Assembly: GCA_001643675.2 (NCBI GenBank)
Contig: LSRY02000009.1
Coordinates: 1 to 64,000 of the forward strand
Origin: Monocercomonoides exilis PA203
Lineage: Eukaryota; Protista; Preaxostyla
DNA: 64,000 nt
Direction of reading: 5' to 3'
Under the pieces are notes generated by a model. It made no database searches. It was not told the origin of the DNA and saw only the letters and a program-made list of their open reading frames with translations. A program made the translations under genes and the position numbers. Shown here piece after piece: positions 24,900-38,993 of the stretch (its first letter is position 1; every line of letters begins with the position of its first letter).

Positions 24900-26380
24900 T
24901 TATAAAACATTAACATAAAAATCTGAAATATTCAATGATATTTTAAAATAATATCGTCTGTTAAGAAAATTCAGTGTTTCATGAAGGCTTGTGATGACAT
25001 CTTCATACCCCTCTTCTTCCATCTTTTCGAATATCTCTATTTTTGTTTACTTTCTTCCCTTTTCATCAGCTTCACCATCTGTTTTTTCTTTCAATCTTAC
25101 TGAAATGGCCAAAAAGAAACTCAAACAATCCCAAGAAACTTCACCTTCCAAAGTTGATTGCTTCATTTCCTCCAAAACAACTCCAATGTTTCCACATTTC
25201 AACAAAGTGCAAACCCTTGCATGTTTCATTTGTGATTCAATTCTTAATGAATCGAAGCATTCATTGCAAATTTCTTTGTAATTATCTCTTGACGCTCGAA
25301 ATAATTGAACGACTCTGCCGACAAGGCCAGCAAATACTTCATTTCTTAAATTGCACGATAATATGTTTTCTTCCATCACAAAGAACCATCTCTTAATAAT
25401 TAGCACTTCTTTCATTTCTTTTTCTCCATTTTTCTCTTCTTTTTTCAACCAATTAACATATTTTGAAAGTTCATCCAATTCCTTTGTTGCCTCTCTTATA
25501 AAATGCAGCCCATTCATAATTAAGCTTATCAAACTTTCGTCACACAAATGTCGATCAATCAAAAACTGCCAAGCAGATTGATAGGAAAGGCGAGTGAGGT
25601 TTCGATGCTCTTGATGATATTGGATTATATCTTTGATCTCATTTAGGAAAAGTTCTTGTTCGACAAACTAATAAGAAATAAGAAAAATATCAATAAATGA
25701 AGCAAAAACAATTTAATAAATTTATCAATTTAAAAATCACACATTCCACTTGGAAATATTACTCAATGCCAAAAGTGCCTTTTTCACTTCCTTTTGGGCT
25801 TCATCGCTTTCTTCTTAATTCGATGCAACTTTCAGAAGGCAGGACACACAAACCGAAAGCAAATGGGATGTGAAGTTGCCGCTCAGAGAAAGATAGCATT
25901 CGCAAAGATCAACAAGAAGCTTATCATCCTTTTCTTCTTTTTTCTTTTCTTTCTCAAAAATCATCTCTTTTAATCTTCCTCTGAATTAAGAGAGATAAAA
26001 GCCAATACCACATTCATTTCTCAGCACAATGCGGTATCCCGCATGCTTCAGCAGCACGAGAGCGTTATCCATCGATAGTTTCTTTTCTTCAATCTTTTGG
26101 TGTATTTTATTGACAGTTCTTCTGTAAACACAGATGTGAATTTTTCTTCATCCATCTCTTCCATCAATGCATTCATTTCAAGAATTTTTTCTCTGTTCAC
26201 CTTCATCGAAATGCTCCAGCTCAGAAAACAATGCTTCAAAATTACAAAGAAAGAAAGAAATTCAATAAATATGAATTCAACTGTAACAACGATTGCAAAC
26301 CAGTGAAATTTTCGGTGACGCTCATTTCCTTCGACTTTTTGCAAAATGCATCATTCGGAAGACATCAACATTCTTATCAA
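24900..26380 (-). pseudogene. Repeated gene family, copy 2 (frameshifts and stops)
   Basis: Same motifs (LHFIREATKELDEL, EEEGYEDV, DFYVNVL*) and same intron positions. Stops at ~25047 and ~25816. 5' end approximate. Confidence 0.85.
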
Positions 26381-27930
26381 TCCAAATGAAAAGAATAATC
26401 GAGACAGAGAAACAATGACAAATATTAAATTTTCAAAACTATCTGGAAAATGTCTTTCCTCATACCATTCTTTTTGTGCAAGTACTTTTGGCAAGGTATT
26501 GCAGAGAAAAAGAACACTTTATCCTTGTTGGTTTGTTGTTATGTATTCTTTGATCTGACACTTATCTTTGAACACGAATGGAAATTTTTTTTAAACAAGA
26601 TGAGAGTTTGTTTTTTAATATATCTTTTGGAATGTGGGATATAATTTTGTGTGGTGGAACGAGACAGCGACGGCTGGGAATTGATTTTGGAATTGAGAGA
26701 GATGATCTTAAAAAAAACATCTTGGAAGGAAATTCAAAATCCAAAAAAAAACATTTGAAAAATTTGATGTTTGCATTTTTTATAGTTATTGTTCGTTGAG
26801 AAGATATTTTTATTCATCACTTCTCAGAGTGCAAGAATCTGATTAATTATATAAATGGCCATTCCTTTGCTTTTCTGAGGAGAATATCAGAAGAGTGCTG
26901 GATGCCGAGAGACAATCAGTAGATGGGAATTGCATATTTTTTGTATTCAATTGGAACAGGAGAAGAAAACAAATTCGATTTCAAAGCATTTTGATGAGAA
27001 TGAAACTAAGAATGTCTTCAATTGAACAGCTTTTGGAAAGAAAAAAATGCAAAATATTTATTTCCTGCGGAAAAAAATGAATGACAACATCGAAAGCAGA
27101 ATATTTACGTGGGAATAAAGGATGATGGAGAAAGAAGCACTGTGAAATAATGGAAAAGGAGATTGGCAGCATCTGTGATTGACAATCCTCTGCATTTGCG
27201 ACAGAAAGGACAGGCGTGAACTTTTGACGGAATTTTTATAATCAATGCAATACTTATAACTGTTATATTTATTTTTACTTAAATATTTTTTCCATTCCAG
27301 ACATCATTTTTTTATGTTGAGCTTCATTCCCAAGGACAATGCATTTTAAGCAACATTTTTGCGGATTATGTGGTTTCTTCTCCTTCTCCTTCGTTTTCTT
27401 CATTGACTACATTTTTTTAATTTGGCTGATGATAAGAACGTCTTCGTATTTGAAAATTTGTTGTTTGAATAGCCATCAAATGCTCGAACTGCTACATGAA
27501 TAGATCGTCTATCTGTTGTTGCTATTGGCTTTTATTTCTTCGATTGGATTGACTGACTTGCGTTCATTTTCAACAAGAAAGAAGTTCTTCTTATTTTCAA
27601 TCACACGCAAATCAGACCCCTCCACTTTTAGCTCGCCTTTTGGAAAGAAATCCGACTTTCCCGCCTTCGTAGCCATCCTTGGCATTCACTTCAACTTTCA
27701 AAGTGGACATACACAATTGCAAATTCTAACAATGAGTTTATTCATCTGCTCCTTCTCCATTCAGCAGCCTTTGAAGAGTTCATCTGGTTCGTTTCATATC
27801 ATTTTGTGACAAATATCACACTCCCCTTCTTCTTCTTTTTCCTCCTCCTCCTCTTCTTCTTTGTCTCCTTCTTCTTCTTCTTCTTCCTCATTTTCTTTCT
27901 CTTCTTCTTCATCATCATCTTCATCATCTT

Positions 27931-28041
27931 CTTCTTCTCTGTTGTGCCAGAGAGTGAATGGTGCTTGTCATTCACTTGTCTTCTGCCACACCAACATACA
28001 TTTCCCAACACATTTGCCATCTTCAAAAGGTTATTCATTCA

Positions 28042-28118
<77 letters not shown>
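27931..28118 (+). repeat. Dispersed ~110-bp repeat, copy A, between a TCT tract and (CA)38, followed by an A-rich tail
   Basis: Closely matches 34144-34275. Hairpin AGTGAATG-N8-CATTCACT at 27953-27976. (CA)n at 28043-28118. Confidence 0.85.
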
Positions 28119-28119
<1 letters not shown>

Positions 28120-31093
28120 TAAAAAAAAAAAATAAATAAATATATAAATAAAATATATATAAAAAATAAATAAATAAATAAATAAAAATAAAAAAATAAA
28201 AAATCAGCTTTTATTGTGTTTTGTGAGCCATGCGATTGATGAGATGCTCGGCATCGAGGAAGAAGAAGATGATGATGAGAAAAGCAACTGTTGGAGGCTG
28301 AGAAGCCATTTGGTTTGTTCGACAAAGGGCAACTTCAATCTCAGCAAGGCCGAGTCATTGTTTGGTCTCTATCAGCCAGGCGGAGCAGAAGAGTCTTTTG
28401 TTTGAACATGGATAAAGATCAAAAGGAAGTGGCACTTATTTTTTATTAATATTTAGGAAAGAAAGAAGAAGACTTGCTGTTGGAGAAGAATGACTGAAAT
28501 GGAGCAAAAGAGAAGAAGGAATGAGACATTTATTGTTGGATGGATGGTTCACTCGACCTTCAGGCGAATGGGATGCAGAATCGATTTTGTAAGGTGAAAC
28601 AACAGATTGGAGAATATCATCTGTCTTTGTCTACGGCAATGGTGCAAATGGAGATATTTTATGGAGGAAAAGAAAAAGTGTCATTGTTGTTGTCGAAGGG
28701 AGAAATAAAAACAGCTCAACAATTTCAGCTGATGCCAAGGAGCACCAAACCGGCTGAGAAGACAAAAAGATGAAAAAAGCGAATAAGAATTGCATGTTCA
28801 GCTGAATTGACAGGAAAACGTTGTGAAAATACATCGATCGAAGATTATTCATGCATCAACATTATTTCATCTGATAGCGCGCCAGTCGCAACAGAAATGT
28901 TTCAATGGCCAATGACTGTTTCATTCAACGCACAAAATGTTTTTTCTGATAGCGCTATTAATTTTGGTGATTCTCGTTTTGCTGAATATTCTGCTGGAAA
29001 TACAGCTGACTTCTTCTCATATGGCTCAACTTCACCACAAGCCACTCCGACAGAGAGAGGAATTTTATTCACTATTTCTATTCATCATCTTCTTCATCTT
29101 TTGTTGCCAACAACCATTTTTCGGTGATTTTTATCTTCATCTTCTTCCTTTTTTGGGATAGTGATTAAGTGAAAATTGAGCGAATCTGATTAAAATCCAT
29201 TCTTTTTGAGCATTGCTCGAATAGATATCCATTTTAGAAATTCTTTTTTGGAAAACATTTCTGACATTCACATTAACACAGATGAATGAAACATGGAGAA
29301 GATGGTTAAAGATTAAAAAAGTTACACAGAGAAGACAAGAAAGTCAGTCCAACCGAAAAGAGAGACAAGTCACTTTCACAGAAATGGATTTGGCACTTTC
29401 TTTTCATTGAGTATTTTTTTGGAGAATTATTATCAAGTTCTGACAGAACAACTATTTGATTCGGAATTCAATTTGTGGGACATTTGAAGCAGAAGGCAGG
29501 TATTGAATATCCAATGGCATTTGTATCTTCATGATTTTCTTCATCTTCATTGACAATTCAATAAACTCTCTCAATCACTGATTTATTCTTCAACATTTCA
29601 TCCATCTTTCGATGGAACAGTTGATTTCTCATTCATTGTCCATCTCTCTTGAAGCTAATCTCTTTCGATCAAAATCATCATTTTTCATCTTCATCACCAT
29701 TTTCCAAAAACACATTTTGTTTCATATTCTTCACAACAAACTATCAACAAACATGAAACGTTCAACATCTGATTTTTCTTCGTTCTTCTTGTTCTTCTAT
29801 CATCATCATAAAAAAAAAAGCATGAGAGTTTTAAACAGAATTTCTTCATTTTCTTCTTTTTCTTCTGCATTTTGAGTGTCTATGAAAACAGAAAAATTGG
29901 AGAATGGAAGAGAAAAGGCAAAGGAAGACGTTCAATCGAACATATCAACCATTTACATCAAAGCTGTGAATTCATTCGCTATGTCTTTTCAATTCATTCT
30001 CAACAAGCCAATAAGAAAGGTTTGACATTTGAAGGTATACATTGCATTTGTATTGGGTTTGAGAAAAAAGGGGATTTGGAAGAATGGATTTTTGGAACAT
30101 TTCATGAATTGAAGAAAAATGGAGAAGAAAAGAAGAGAGAAAGGAAAAGAACAATTTTGAACAGAGAATGAGAGAGATCAGTCAAGGAAACTGAATAAGG
30201 ATGGAAAATGTTTGATGAATGAAGAAATATTTATTTACGCGACAACATAGCAGCCGAAGGGGAAATGCAATTGGAGCAGAACTTTTGGATGATTTTGTGA
30301 GAAAAGAATGTGAGTGAGGCATCCTCTTCTTCTCCATCAATAAGAAAAAGCAGAAGAAAACAGAATGATGAAAGAAAAAGGAAGAGAAAGAGATAGAATT
30401 TGAGTGAAATTATGAAGAATTGTATTTTGAGATGAAATGAATGAAACGAGTGTTATTATTCAAGAAGAAGAGATTAAAGGAATCAAGAGAAAAGCGAAGG
30501 AAGACAAAAGAAAAGAAAAAGAATAAAGAAATATGAAAGACTGAACAAAAATGAGAAGAATGTGAAGAGCAATTAATTCTGATTGACTTGTTCTTTCATT
30601 CCCATTCTGAAATGGAGCATTGGATTGGATTCTTTTTCAGCCATATTACATATAGAACTCATGAAGTTGAAATCTGTATTCTTCAACAAGCATTTCTTCA
30701 TTAATGCTTTTGCATTCTTCTCAAGAATTGTCATTTTATTTCTTCTTCTTCTCTTTTCGAGTTGATTGAATTTGCAGAGAGAAAGAGAAAAAGCAGAGTT
30801 ATCCAGAATTTTCAAGAGGAATTGTATGTGAAGTTAAATTTTCTTTATTCAAATAAAAGAATCTTTTTGAAGAAAATGTTATGAAAATCTTTGTTTAATG
30901 AAGATTCTTGATGAAAATAATTGAAAAGATAAGAATGGAATTTTTGCTTTTTCTTTTCTATTTTTTTTTTTAATAAAAAAGGAAACAAAAGCAATAATAA
31001 AAATTTTTCAATCTATTTTTTGTAATTTTGCGAAATGATGATAATTGAAAAAGACAGTTTTTTGAGTGAAAAAATAAAATGAATTGAATTAAG

Positions 31094-32527
31094 TTAAACA
31101 TTGACAAAATATTCAGAAATATCCATCGATAACTCATTGCAACCATTTTTGCATAGAAAAGAAAATATTCCATGAAAGCTTGCAATGATATCTTCGTATC
31201 CTTCTTCTTCCATCTTTTCATATATCTCCATTTTTGTTACTTTTCTTTTCGCTTCTTCCATTTCATCCTTCTTCTTGGCTTTCATTTGTCTTGAAAAAAT
31301 CAAAAAGATATACAAAAAATTACTTATAATGTTATCTTTCAAAGTTGGTCGATTCATTTCATCTATAAATGGATTAATGGCACTTTCCTTCACAAAAGCA
31401 TCAATTTCCATGTTTCTCTTTTCTGCTGCATATTTAAGTGAAAAGAGGCATCCATTGCGAATTTCTTCATATCTGCACCTTGATGAGCGAAACACCTGAA
31501 CAATGCTGCCGATGAGTCCAGCAAGTTCTTCGTTCCACAATCTGAATATTTGAAGGTAATAAGCAGTATTATTGAGCCATCTCCTGATAATTATCAATTC
31601 TATTCTTCCATTTACTTCTTCTTTTCTCTTCCAATCCACACATTTCGACAACTCTTCCAATTCTCTTGATGCTTCTCTTGCGAAATGCAGTTCATTCACT
31701 ATGACTTCATAGCTTTTGTTTCTGATAAATCTTTTTATCAAAAACATCCAAGCAGATTGATAGGCAAGCTTTGTAAGATTCTGATATTCCTGATGATACA
31801 GGATAATTTCTTTGATTTCATTCAAATATAGTTCTTGTTCGATAAACTTATTAAAAACGGAAAAAATAAATAATATCAATAAGAAAAAAGTTTTCATACA
31901 TTAAATCCTAAAGATGCCAAAGCCAACAACGCAATTTCCGCTTCTTTTTGAGTCTCCTTGTTTTCCTCTTTATTCAACGCAACTTTTAGGAGACAAGGCA
32001 TACAAATCGATAATGATTCATGTGGGAAATCATAGCTCAGAGAAATATAGCATTCGCAAAGATCAATAATAAGCTTTTCTTTTTTTTCTTCTTTTTCCTT
32101 CTTCTCTTCTTTGACAATCATCTTCTCAAATCTTTTGTTCAGCGAAGACGAATCAAAACATGGATTCCACACGTTTTTCAGCGCTTTGCAATATCCAGCA
32201 TGTTTCAGCAGCAAAATTGCATTTTCCATTGACATTTTCTTTTCTTTAACCATTGTGTGAATTTCATCAAACAGTTCTGTCTTGAAAACGGATTTCCATT
32301 CTACTTTATTCATTCCATCAATTATTTCATTCATTTCTTCAATTTTCTGTTTCTGCACAATTTCACCGCAGCGCTCAAGCTCAGAAAACAAATCTTTAAT
32401 CAATTTATTAATTACCGAAAGCGCTGAACATTCAAAAAATTGAAAAAATTCACAAACTTAAAAACTTTCCTCCAAAGGATAGCTCCTGAACATCATCATT
32501 GGATTTGTCTTCATCACACACATCCAT
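31094..32527 (-). CDS. Repeated gene family, copy 3, intact (438 aa, 3 exons), unknown function
   Basis: join(32527-32458, 32393-31900, 31846-31094). GT-AG introns of 64 and 53 nt restore one frame ending YFVNV*. Confidence 0.85.
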
Positions 32528-34143
32528 TCTGTCTATTATGGTGAAGATCAATTTGCTGCAAAATTTCAAATTAAAAACAAAAACAAAACAACAAACAATG
32601 TTGATGATTGACAAAATCAAAATACAATTGTCAAACTCAATTTCTTTGCTTTATTGGGTAAAAAAATCTATGTTAATAAATAAATCACAAAGAAGCCAAC
32701 AGTATTGGCAGTATTTTGCCAAATACGAAAGAGTTTAATTTCTATCTGATCGAACCAACAATAATTTATTCCAAGAATCTGGATTGAATTTTGAATGAAT
32801 AGTTGAACGAATTGAAAAATATCCAACATGTTTGGAATTGAATATCAAAATAACTTCCGTTTATCTATTTTGAGCCGCATGAAGAAGATACAATAAAGCA
32901 TTTTAAAGAACTTTTCAAAGAAGAGGCAAAAAAGCGACAGTTTGACACTTAATTTAATGCATTCCAACACAACTGCAAACTTCAATTTGAACAAAAGCAT
33001 TTTAATTTTAAACGTTTGTTCAAGTCAAAGCAATAAGGATAATTTTATAATTAGTTCGTTTCTTGAGTGGGCTAGTAAAGCTGAATGAAAATTGATGGAG
33101 GGATTCAAGCTTTCATCAATTCACATTTTTTGATGCCAGGGCGAACGATAGTTGGAAACATTAGGAACCGTGTCAAGACAACAATGGACAACATTGTTAA
33201 TTGAGCATTGAAAGAGATTTTTCCAAAAGATTTTGAGGTTCTGCGAAGATGAAAGAATTCGAGATGGTGAAGGAAGATTAATGCAATATGCGGAACCAAG
33301 CTCATGCGGAATTTTGAGTACGTTTAAATCTATTAAAAACTTCATGGTGTTACCACTTGACGTGTATTTTTCTGCAAAGACACTTGTTACCTTTTTTTGG
33401 AAAATACATCATTTTGGGTTGATTTGATGGTTATTGTTGATTCACCGATTTCGGCGTGGACTTCGAAGCAAAGGCGGAAACAATACGTACGATGCCGAAA
33501 TGAGTCCTACAAGATAGTACAGACTACGATTGAGGTGTTTGATGAAATTGGGGTACGTTATCCAATTTATGAATTATTTATTCATTTTTTTCATTTTCTA
33601 TTTTTTATATTCTGATTTATTTTGCAAATTTATAAATAATTTTCACTCAAAAACTGATTCTTCCTATAGATTATCACCAATTCATCTGAAGCAGCATTCA
33701 ATCGCTTTGTGAATGGGCTCACATTCATCTTGTTTGTTTCATTGAGCTTCTGACAACATCTGCCTTTTGAAAGTGTTTGTCTTGTTTCCTTCCATCTGAA
33801 TCAATGAATCATTCAGAAAACAACTGGAAGGATTCCAAATTGAAGGAAAGTGACGATAAAGAGAGGCAAATCCTGCTGATGCATGCGGGGTGGGGAAAAG
33901 GAGAAGAGGGAAGAGAAGAGAGAAGAGAAGAGAGAGAAGAAGAGGAGATAAGAGATATCAGGTTGTTAAGAGAGGGAGCGGAGAAGATTGAAAGAACAGA
34001 TAACGAAAAAGAAGAAAGAAGAAAGAACAAAAAGGAAGAAAAAAGATGAATCATTGTCATCTCCAACTGTTTCATCAACTTCTCCTTCTCCTTCTCCTTC
34101 TCCTTCTCCTTCTCCTTCCTCTTCTTCTTCTTCCTCCTCCTCC

Positions 34144-34275
34144 TCTTCTTCTCTGTTGAACCAGAAAGTGAATGGTGCTTGTCATTCACTTGTCTTCTGC
34201 CACGCCAACAAACATTTCCTAACACATTTACCATCTTCAAAAGCACATTCATTCATCACATACACACACACACAC
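34144..34275 (+). repeat. Dispersed ~110-bp repeat, copy B
   Basis: Same core as copy A with identical hairpin (34167-34190), TCT/CCT tract upstream and short CA tract downstream. Confidence 0.85.
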
Positions 34276-34551
34276 TCACCTGTTACTGCGACAGATGCAA
34301 ATGAATGCATGCATGAAGCCATTTGAAATTCGAATGAAATAATAAAAAAGAAATGAGTTGGTTAAAAGAAATGCCTGAATGCTATTCTTCGAGTATTTCT
34401 GAGAGTTTTGGTGCAAAAGCAAAAGAGCAGAAAGTTTAAGACTCAACATTATTACACAGGTTTGTTGTTTTTCACAACATGGCTTTTCATTTTCATTCAC
34501 TTATAATTTGAACGAACATCAAAAGAAATTAAAATATGAACAATTAATAAT

Positions 34552-35040
34552 GGTAAGAGGGTACATAGCGACCGGTATAAGAATTGTGTTAAAAAAGAAC
34601 TATTGACCTTGAAAAACATATTTACGGATGTTAAATTCTCAAATAGGAGAAACATTCGATAAAAAGCTGAAATTTTTTAGTATTTATAAAGCAGGAGTTA
34701 TTAAAAATTAATGATAAAAACCCTAAGATATATTAGAGAGATTATTTTTATTAGGTTTTTATTAGAAATAAAGATTATCCACTTGTCAATGTGTTTATTA
34801 GGGTTATGTTAACGTTAACTTTTAATTTAATCAACTGATTAGGGTTTTTTTTATTTCTAGTGGGGAAGTTTTTTTAATAAACATTCCTGTTGGATTTATA
34901 AAATAGGTTTTCTCAGCTTTGAATCACTGTTATACGAAAATTACTCTCGAAATATCATAATTGCATTAATTGATAATCGTTTGAATAAATAAAAACTTGA
35001 AAATCGATTTTTTTTTCAGGTCGTTATCTGCCCACTTACC
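34552..35040. mobile_element. Probable ~490-bp MITE with GGTAAG termini
   Basis: GGTAAGAGGGTACATAGCGACC at 34552 vs reverse complement GGTAAGTGGGCAGATAACGACC ending 35040 (18/22). AT-rich interior; no TSD recognised. Confidence 0.55.
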
Positions 35041-35156
35041 ATTTCATTTCCAATATTTTCGCATCCTATGATATTCAATCCAGAATAACAAATATTATGT
35101 AAATTCTTGAATATTATTATTATATCTCAAGATCCAAAAAGCACAATTTATCGAAA

Positions 35157-36491
35157 ATGAGGATTTTCATGATTGCAGTGTTGAGCATGATAGGATTGCA
35201 AGGTGCACAGGAGAGCGGAGAGCAGCAGCAAGAGGAAGAGATAGATGTTGTGACTTTTGGGTCAAACATCAAACTGCAACACATCAATTCGCGCCATCGG
35301 CTGCATTCTCACGAGGTGCCATACGGTATGTTAGCTTATATATTGCGGAAGTAGTCTGTGCTTGCGTACGATACGTGCATTTTCTCTTTTTCTTTTTGAT
35401 GATGGTTTTTTGCGATTCGTTTAATATTTGATTTTTATTTGGAATGTGCTTGAGTTTGGAGGATTCACTTCATTTGTTTTGTTTTTACTTTTTTTCTATC
35501 TTTGTGATGCTTGCGTGCTTTTGTGAATGGACTGTTTTGTGGATGGAAAATTGTTCGATTTACATAATAATAATTGATTTTTATGCACACATGTCAATGA
35601 AATGTGTTGTCATGTACTGTTGCATGGACTCAACTTGTTGTTGTATTCTGTGTGGCATTCAGGACAGGGCAGCTTCCAGCAATCGGTGACGGCTTATCCG
35701 AAAGGAGATGATCCAAACTCGTTGTGGATCGTGAAAGGAGCTTTTGGGCGATCTGTAAAGAGGGGGTTTGAGCCATTGCTTGTTTTTCAATTTTCTTAAT
35801 TTGCTTCATTTGAATTCTTATGTAGAACACCTGTTGAGTGCGGAGATATAATTCGATTGGAGCATGTGAAAACGGGAAAGAACCTTCACTCTCATAGCTT
35901 TAAGTCACCAGTATCTGCACAGCAAGAAGTGAGCTGTTTTGGAGAGAAAGGAGAAGGAGACGTCTGTGTGTCTATGAGCTTGTTATTTTTGTTGTTATAA
36001 TTATTATTAAATTTTTTTTTTGAATTTTGTGTGGGTATTTGCATTCATTTTTTGTTGGCAGTGGACAATTGGAAGTTGATTTGCGAGCCAAACAGGCACG
36101 CTGGTGATGTGTGGAACAGGGGACTGCCAGTGATGCTACAGGTTTAACACTTTTCTTTTTGGTGTATATTTTGTCTCATTGATATCCTTTCTCTTTTTCT
36201 TTTATTGTGTTTGCAACTCCTTGGGAAAGCATGTTGAAACGAAGCGATATCTGTTTGCACACAAGGCAAATGTATTTCCATCACCACTTCAAGGGCAGAT
36301 TGAGGTGACAGGTTTGGCTTCAGTTTTTTAATTGATATTTCCGTTAATTTCACCACTCTTTTTTTTTCTATTTTTCGTTTTTAATAATCTGATCGGTTAT
36401 GCCCTCTAAAGCATTTGACAAGATGGATGATCCAGAAAACAAGTGGAAGACAGCTGAAGGAGTGTATTATCCACCTCCAAAGCCTGAATAA
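35157..36491 (+). CDS. SDF2: Stromal cell-derived factor 2-like ER protein (three MIR domains), 217 aa, 6 exons
   Basis: join(35157-35325, 35663-35765, 35826-35965, 36062-36141, 36230-36311, 36412-36491), all GT-AG and phase-consistent. Signal peptide, then VTFGSNIKL, RLHSHEVPYGQGSFQQSVT, IRLEHVKTGKNLHSH, SPVSAQQEVSCFG, WKTAEGVY. Confidence 0.93.
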
Positions 36492-38993
36492 AAATATAGT
36501 GCAGTGGATTGGTTTTGTAAGATTGTATTATTTGTTTTTCTTTTGCTATTGTTGGTTGTCACAATGGCGCTGTTGCTTCATTTCATAGTCGAAACAATTT
36601 TTGCGTGAATTCTTTGTGATATGTTTTTACTCATCATCCCAAGAACAGCAAAAATGGTGCCTCAAAAATATAAGAGGAGAATTGGATGCGAAAGAAAGCA
36701 AATTGACAACTTAAATGACGAAAGGTTAATTGGTTGGAAAGAAAATAAAAAATGGAATTAATCATTAATGTTTGAAGAGAAAGATTGAAATGTTATAAAG
36801 AAGACAGTAGAATAGAAAAATGAGATGGGATCAAAGTCTGAACCTCTGAAATGTCCATTCATTTATTTTTCGTACAGACTTTGCTTTTCAATATGTTTAT
36901 TCTTTTAACATTATCTTTATTATTATTATTTCGTGACAAAAATATCAGCTTTTCTTTGAGAATCTGTGAATCTCATCTTTTCCATCTTCCTCTCGCTTCC
37001 TCCAAATGGTTAACATCATCAGGTTGGTCCCAATGCAATGGCCAAATCTAGCTCAATAACTGGAACAAACGGAAAAAAAAAAAAACAGATATGAGAAAGC
37101 TTCAATAACATTTTTCCGTGCAGCTCTAACACTTTCAAAAAAGTTAAAAAAAATACAACAATTATTGTTGAATCAGTGTAAATTGTTTCTTTTCTGATGC
37201 AATCAATTATTTTTTTGAGTAAGATAATGCAACTAGCAAACAACACGATAATCGCCCACTCTGAAAACTATCTATCAGATGGAAGCGTCAAAACTGTAAT
37301 TTCTAAAATCCATTCCATTCAGATTGTTTTATTTGCATTCTGCGCTTTTATCAACTGGCTCATGGAATTTCTAGTCTGAGCATCGATCTTTGAATCACAA
37401 ATTATTATGCACTGTCTTCACTGAAGAAATTTCTTTATTAAAAATGTTAGGTGTAACTGCAACTTATTTCCCATGTAACAAAATTGAAGACCGCTTGCTT
37501 TAATAATACCCTCTGCTTCCATTTCAGCTTTTTCTAATAGTTATTCTTGTGATTTTTATCCTCTTTTTCTTGAACATTATCCATTCTTCACCTTATTTCT
37601 TTGCCATCTCCTCAATAACACTAGCACAATTTCATTAAAGCCAATCTCATGCGTAAAGCCGTGCAATGCCGCAAAAAATATGATAATCACACATTTTTTG
37701 TGACAAGAAATTCAATGAAGAAGTCGAATGGCTTCAAGGAATACGAGTTTTTGAAGATAAAGCTGACAATTAGAAAGAAGGAGAAGAAGAATGTATGAAT
37801 GAATGTTTGTATGAAAGAAGCACAGATTTTCAGTTGGCTGGTTTATCACATGTTCCAATATAGCACTAAAAGCATTACAAAAGTGATTGCATTAGCCTTC
37901 AACGCTTCGCTTCTTGCCTTTGGATCCTCCTCTCATTAGATAAAAATGAAAATGAAGTCGCAGTTTCATTTGTGTTTGTATACAAATCCATTCAAATTGA
38001 AGCAGAAACATTCACTTTATAAGTCATATTAATAAATCTTAAAAAAAGAAGAGCATGACTTCTGAAAAAAAAGCAAGAATGAAGTTTTATGAATTCCTCT
38101 TTTCAACATTCATTTGTTCATGAAATGCATTTCTTTATTTGCTAAAAAGCGTAAACATTTACTCTAACTTCTTCAGTTGTAGCATCTTCATTATGCAAAT
38201 TGTCATATCTTGTCAGCATTTGTTTGAAACTCGCAAAATAAAATTTAGAATTGATTTATTCTGCAAGCTTCACTCTTCTAATGAAAGAATGAAGTTGAGC
38301 TTATTGAACCGATATTGGATAATCTTCGCCTGCAAATAAGCATTTTACAACTGATGTTGTTCCCTCAATTTTGTAAAGATCGAAATCTCCTTTGATTTGA
38401 TATTGGATCCTATTGAAAATACACTCAAAGCAAAACAAAGTATCATTTGCCTATCAAACAAGTCAATCAGGAACAGTCAGATTATCAAAATATCAGTTTA
38501 TTTAATTATTATTTCGCTGCTTTTTATTTCTGTGCCTTCGAACTGTCAAATAATCAATAGTTGATTTTCAGCATGCTTCTGCCTTACGAGAAATCTACAT
38601 GTATTTTAAACACTTCATTTGTCTTCCTGCTCCTCTCTGTCTGAAACTGACTGACACAACAATCTCTCTGAAAATTCAATGCGCTATTCATTTTGTGAAA
38701 TAAAAAATCAACAGCTCAAATTGAAATCCAAAACTTCAGATTGAAGAAGGATCCGAAGTCGAATTTTGGTGCGAGCCACTGATTATGGTGTGCCTGTTCA
38801 TATCTTTTGGTAAAATTCCCATTGAAAGCACACCAACAAGTGCATTTCCGTCGTGAGAATTTTGAGAAATAAGCCATTTCCAGATTAAGCAGAAGAGCAA
38901 AGATGAAAACTGTTGGCTTTACAAATCAATTTCCTTATCTGCAACAAAGTTAGTTCTCTTTCTCTTTAAACAAATCTGAAGAAAACATTGTTT

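Noticed and set aside
36850-38940. Possible gene between SDF2 and GTF3C3
   Set aside because: Only short ORFs; no spliced model or domain could be built.
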